A stretch of 64,000 nucleotides of DNA from Nitrosopumilaceae archaeon (GTDB lineage Archaea; Thermoproteota; Nitrososphaeria; Nitrososphaerales; Nitrosopumilaceae): NCBI GenBank assembly GCA_965207375.1, contig OZ242274.1:736001-800000 (forward strand), written 5' to 3'. Position 1 is the first letter of the stretch; every line of letters starts with the position of its first letter. The position numbers were made by a program, and so were the translations under genes. Shown piece after piece: positions 61,088 through 64,000 of the stretch. The notes under the pieces were generated by a model, which made no database searches, was not told the origin of the DNA, and was given only the letters and a program-made list of their open reading frames with translations.

Positions 61088-61840
61088 GTGAAAATTGAAG
61101 ACTATCTAGATTCGCTTCCACACAATATCATATCGGGAGAAGATGTGCAGTTGCCTGATGACTCATTTAGGGAGATTTTTGATTTTGTCAATTTGGGAAA
61201 AGACGACGTTTTTTATCATCTAGGGTGCGGTGATACAAAGGGAATCGAAATTGCGATAAATGAATATGGCATCAAAAAGGCAATAGGCATAGACATCAGC
61301 CAAGAAAAAATTTCAAGATGTAAAATAAAATCGATAAAAAATTCGGAATTCATATGTGGTGATGCTGTACATCAAGAATACAAAGATGCTACCGTTATTT
61401 TATTTTGGTTTGCAGACCAAAGGATAATTGATTCCATGACAGAAAAATTCCAAAGACTGTCTCCCAATTGTAAAATTATCACGATATTAGATCCGTTGCC
61501 TAATTTCAAACCTGACAATGTAAGGTTTCCGTATCTTGTTTATATCACGCCTTTTACAAAATCCGAAACTATACAAGATCAATTGTTGTCAATTTTTGGC
61601 GTCAACTGCATTGACTTTGTTACTGCATGGGAATTTGCAGAAAGGTACACAAAAGCCATAGGTAGTCCCAAGGCACAAAACGACAGATTTCTTACCATCA
61701 TGCAATCAGTAATCATGTGGATTAACGCCAAAAATCTCGGCGTTGCCTGCGATGAGAAAATGCCTGAATCAATTAAAACATACATTTCAATTTTGAGAGA
61801 ATTTTTTAATATAGAGGTAGAACACCTTTTAAAAAAATAA
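61088..61840 (+). CDS. Class I SAM-dependent methyltransferase-like protein
   Basis: FYHLGCG, GIDI, ATVI motifs. Confidence 0.75.
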   Translation: MKIEDYLDSLPHNIISGEDVQLPDDSFREIFDFVNLGKDDVFYHLGCGDTKGIEIAINEYGIKKAIGIDISQEKISRCKIKSIKNSEFICGDAVHQEYKDATVILFWFADQRIIDSMTEKFQRLSPNCKIITILDPLPNFKPDNVRFPYLVYITPFTKSETIQDQLLSIFGVNCIDFVTAWEFAERYTKAIGSPKAQNDRFLTIMQSVIMWINAKNLGVACDEKMPESIKTYISILREFFNIEVEHLLKK

Positions 61841-61879
61841 ATGTGCAATCTTTTTATTTTGTGAATTTAAGACAAAGGT

Positions 61880-62227
61880 GTGAATGCAAGATTACACATC
61901 AATGTATCTACAGTGGATTATGACAAAACCAGCAAGGCCATAGGCAAAACACTGTCATTGCTAGAGCAAAGGACTCGTGGAGAAGACGAGTTTGTCATGA
62001 CGGACTCGGAGTTTGCATTCGGATGGCATTTTTTCGTGGTAAGTGTGAATCTAGAGATGATTGAAAAGCTATCAGAACAGATGGGTTCTGACTTTGAAAA
62101 ACTAAGGGGCAAGGGAACCGACAAGAAATTCCTTACTTGGCTTACAAGCCAAATTGGATCAGAAATTCCAAGATTTAAGCTAGCAATCAAAGAGGAGATG
62201 GAATCTAGTAAATTTGGAATATTTTAG
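61880..62227 (+). CDS. Hypothetical protein
   Basis: 115-aa GTG ORF co-oriented with its neighbours; no recognised motif. Confidence 0.6.
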   Translation: MNARLHINVSTVDYDKTSKAIGKTLSLLEQRTRGEDEFVMTDSEFAFGWHFFVVSVNLEMIEKLSEQMGSDFEKLRGKGTDKKFLTWLTSQIGSEIPRFKLAIKEEMESSKFGIF

Positions 62228-62420
62228 ACAAAATGACGCAAATTCTGTAATGTGCCTTTGTATAGTTGGGTGCCTAACTTCTTGACCGGCAATTATCATC
62301 TGATTTGGCTTTTGCACCTGATAAATTTGATTTAGTTGCCAAATCTTAAAAATTACTCTTAAAATTATGGCTGATTTCATAGATAAGAGTTAAAATGCCT
62401 ACCTTTACTAATTCAATAGA

Positions 62421-64000
62421 GTGCGCTTGAAGAAAATACGATTACTTGTCTTTACTATTCTGATATTATCTATAGTATCAGTTACGATGCCGGGAACTCT
62501 TGCTGCACCACTGACAGACAACGATGACGACGGGATTCCAAACAATATGGACAAATGTCCGCATTTGAAAGAAGACTATGATCCACAATACGGCAACATT
62601 TTAGACGGCTGTCCTGCAGACTTTGTACCTTGGTATGATACTGATTATGATGGAATACAGGACCACCTTGATTTGTGTCCTACAGTTAGGGAAAATTACA
62701 ACCAGTATCAGGATGAGGACGGATGTATAGACATTGCACCTAATACGGGAAAAGAACTGCCAGATTCTGATAATGACGGCTTTATTGACAATTTGGACTC
62801 GTGTCCTAACCAGCCTGAAACATTTAACGGCATAGATGATAAAGACGGATGTCCTGATGAGGCAAGCGCAGTAGATTCTGATCAGGATGGTCTTTCAGAC
62901 GCAAATGATGCATGCCCTCTTCAATCTGAAACCTATAACAAATTCCAGGATGATGATGGCTGTCCAGACTTTGTAGTTGAGTCTTCTAGTCAGTACCAGT
63001 TCCCAGATACTGACGGTGACGGAATACCAGACAGATGGGACAGCTGCATCAACGAGGCTGAAAACTTTAACGGAGTATTAGACACAGATGGTTGTCCTGA
63101 AAAACCAGGATTTGCATCAGAGGGACTAGTCGATTCTGATTATGATACAATACCTGACAATCTAGATAAATGCCCAACAGTTCGGGAAAATTTCAATAAA
63201 TTCCAAGATGAGGACGGATGTCCTGACACCATAGACAGTGTGTCCACAGGTGACACTGACTTGGATGGAATTTTAGATTCTTTAGATTTGTGTCCGTATC
63301 TCACAGAAACTTATAACAAGTACAAAGACGGCGATGGATGTCCTGACAGTATAAGTGAAAAACCAGGTGTTATAGATGCAGACGGCGATGGAATAATTGA
63401 CAATTTGGATTTGTGTCCTGGTCAGCCTGAAACATACAATGGATTTCAAGACACTGATGGATGTCCTGACAAGTCTGTATTGCTCGCAGATGCAGATGCA
63501 GACGGGATTATAGACCTGCTAGATGAATGCAAAACAGTACCTGAAACCTATAACAAATTCCAAGATGAGGACGGCTGTCCAGACTCTGTAGATACGTCTT
63601 CTAGTCAGTACCAGTTCCCAGATACTGACGGTGACGGAATACCAGACAGATGGGACAGCTGCATCAACGAGGCTGAAAACTTTAACGGAGTATTAGACAC
63701 AGATGGTTGTCCTGAAAAACCAGGATTTGCATCAGAGGGACTAGTCGATTCTGATTATGATACAATACCTGACAATCTAGATAAATGCCCAACAGTTCGG
63801 GAAAATTTCAATAAATTCCAAGATGAGGACGGATGTCCTGATTTAATAATATTGGAATCAACTGGAGATGCAGACTATGATGGAGTACCTGACAATATTG
63901 ATCAGTGTCAATATGCAAGAGAAACTTACAATTTGTTCCAAGACGATGATGGATGTCCTGACAATAGGGGCATAGCACCTACAATTCCAGATTCAGATGG
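62421..64000 (+). CDS. Thrombospondin type-3 repeat (Ca-binding) surface protein, partial; runs off the window end
   Basis: Not in the ORF track. Signal MRLKKIRLLVFTILILSIVS..., then repeated D.D.DGI.D..D.CP...E.YN.FQD.DGCPD units. Confidence 0.9.
   Translation, partial: MRLKKIRLLVFTILILSIVSVTMPGTLAAPLTDNDDDGIPNNMDKCPHLKEDYDPQYGNILDGCPADFVPWYDTDYDGIQDHLDLCPTVRENYNQYQDEDGCIDIAPNTGKELPDSDNDGFIDNLDSCPNQPETFNGIDDKDGCPDEASAVDSDQDGLSDANDACPLQSETYNKFQDDDGCPDFVVESSSQYQFPDTDGDGIPDRWDSCINEAENFNGVLDTDGCPEKPGFASEGLVDSDYDTIPDNLDKCPTVRENFNKFQDEDGCPDTIDSVSTGDTDLDGILDSLDLCPYLTETYNKYKDGDGCPDSISEKPGVIDADGDGIIDNLDLCPGQPETYNGFQDTDGCPDKSVLLADADADGIIDLLDECKTVPETYNKFQDEDGCPDSVDTSSSQYQFPDTDGDGIPDRWDSCINEAENFNGVLDTDGCPEKPGFASEGLVDSDYDTIPDNLDKCPTVRENFNKFQDEDGCPDLIILESTGDADYDGVPDNIDQCQYARETYNLFQDDDGCPDNRGIAPTIPDSD
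62981..63841 (+). repeat. 246-bp identical intragenic direct repeat (62981-63226 and 63596-63841)
   Basis: No mismatch seen on manual alignment; offset 615 bp, in frame. Confidence 0.9.

Noticed and set aside
62981-63841. Diversity-generating retroelement template/variable repeat pair (also considered for 54968-55255)
   Set aside because: The copies are essentially identical and in frame, lack adenine-specific mismatch patterns, and no reverse transcriptase is present.

Overview
Chromosomal window from an ammonia-oxidising archaeon (Nitrososphaeria/Thaumarchaeota, Nitrosopumilaceae-like). Evidence for this assignment: a SlaA-type S-layer gene, archaeal eIF6/aIF5B/L7Ae/S28e/L24e, Zn-ferredoxin paralogs and a thrombospondin-3 repeat protein. 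There are four blocks. (1) 1-15.8 kb is an AT-rich surface-glycan biosynthesis cluster. (2) 15.9-38.3 kb is an IS-rich accessory/defence island. It holds an ISH3 element, a kinase plus YhaM-like nuclease, a PIN nuclease, an HNH-like gene, a CARF-like/wHTH regulator with a duplicated 23-bp promoter motif, an IetAS AAA-ATPase/S8-protease pair split by an IS, a SWIM pseudogene, DprA+PRTase, HD+YwgA-like, HEPN-MNT and a MazF-like remnant. (3) 38.6-47.5 kb is a 2956-aa S-layer gene carrying a ~1400-aa internal cargo (FN3, Ig-like and two periplasmic-binding-protein-like domains), followed by nested IS remnants up to tRNA-Ser. (4) 49.8-64 kb is mainly housekeeping genes. Domain and family calls come from motif recognition by eye, not database searches. 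IS ends, target-site duplications (TSDs) and repeats were read directly from the sequence.
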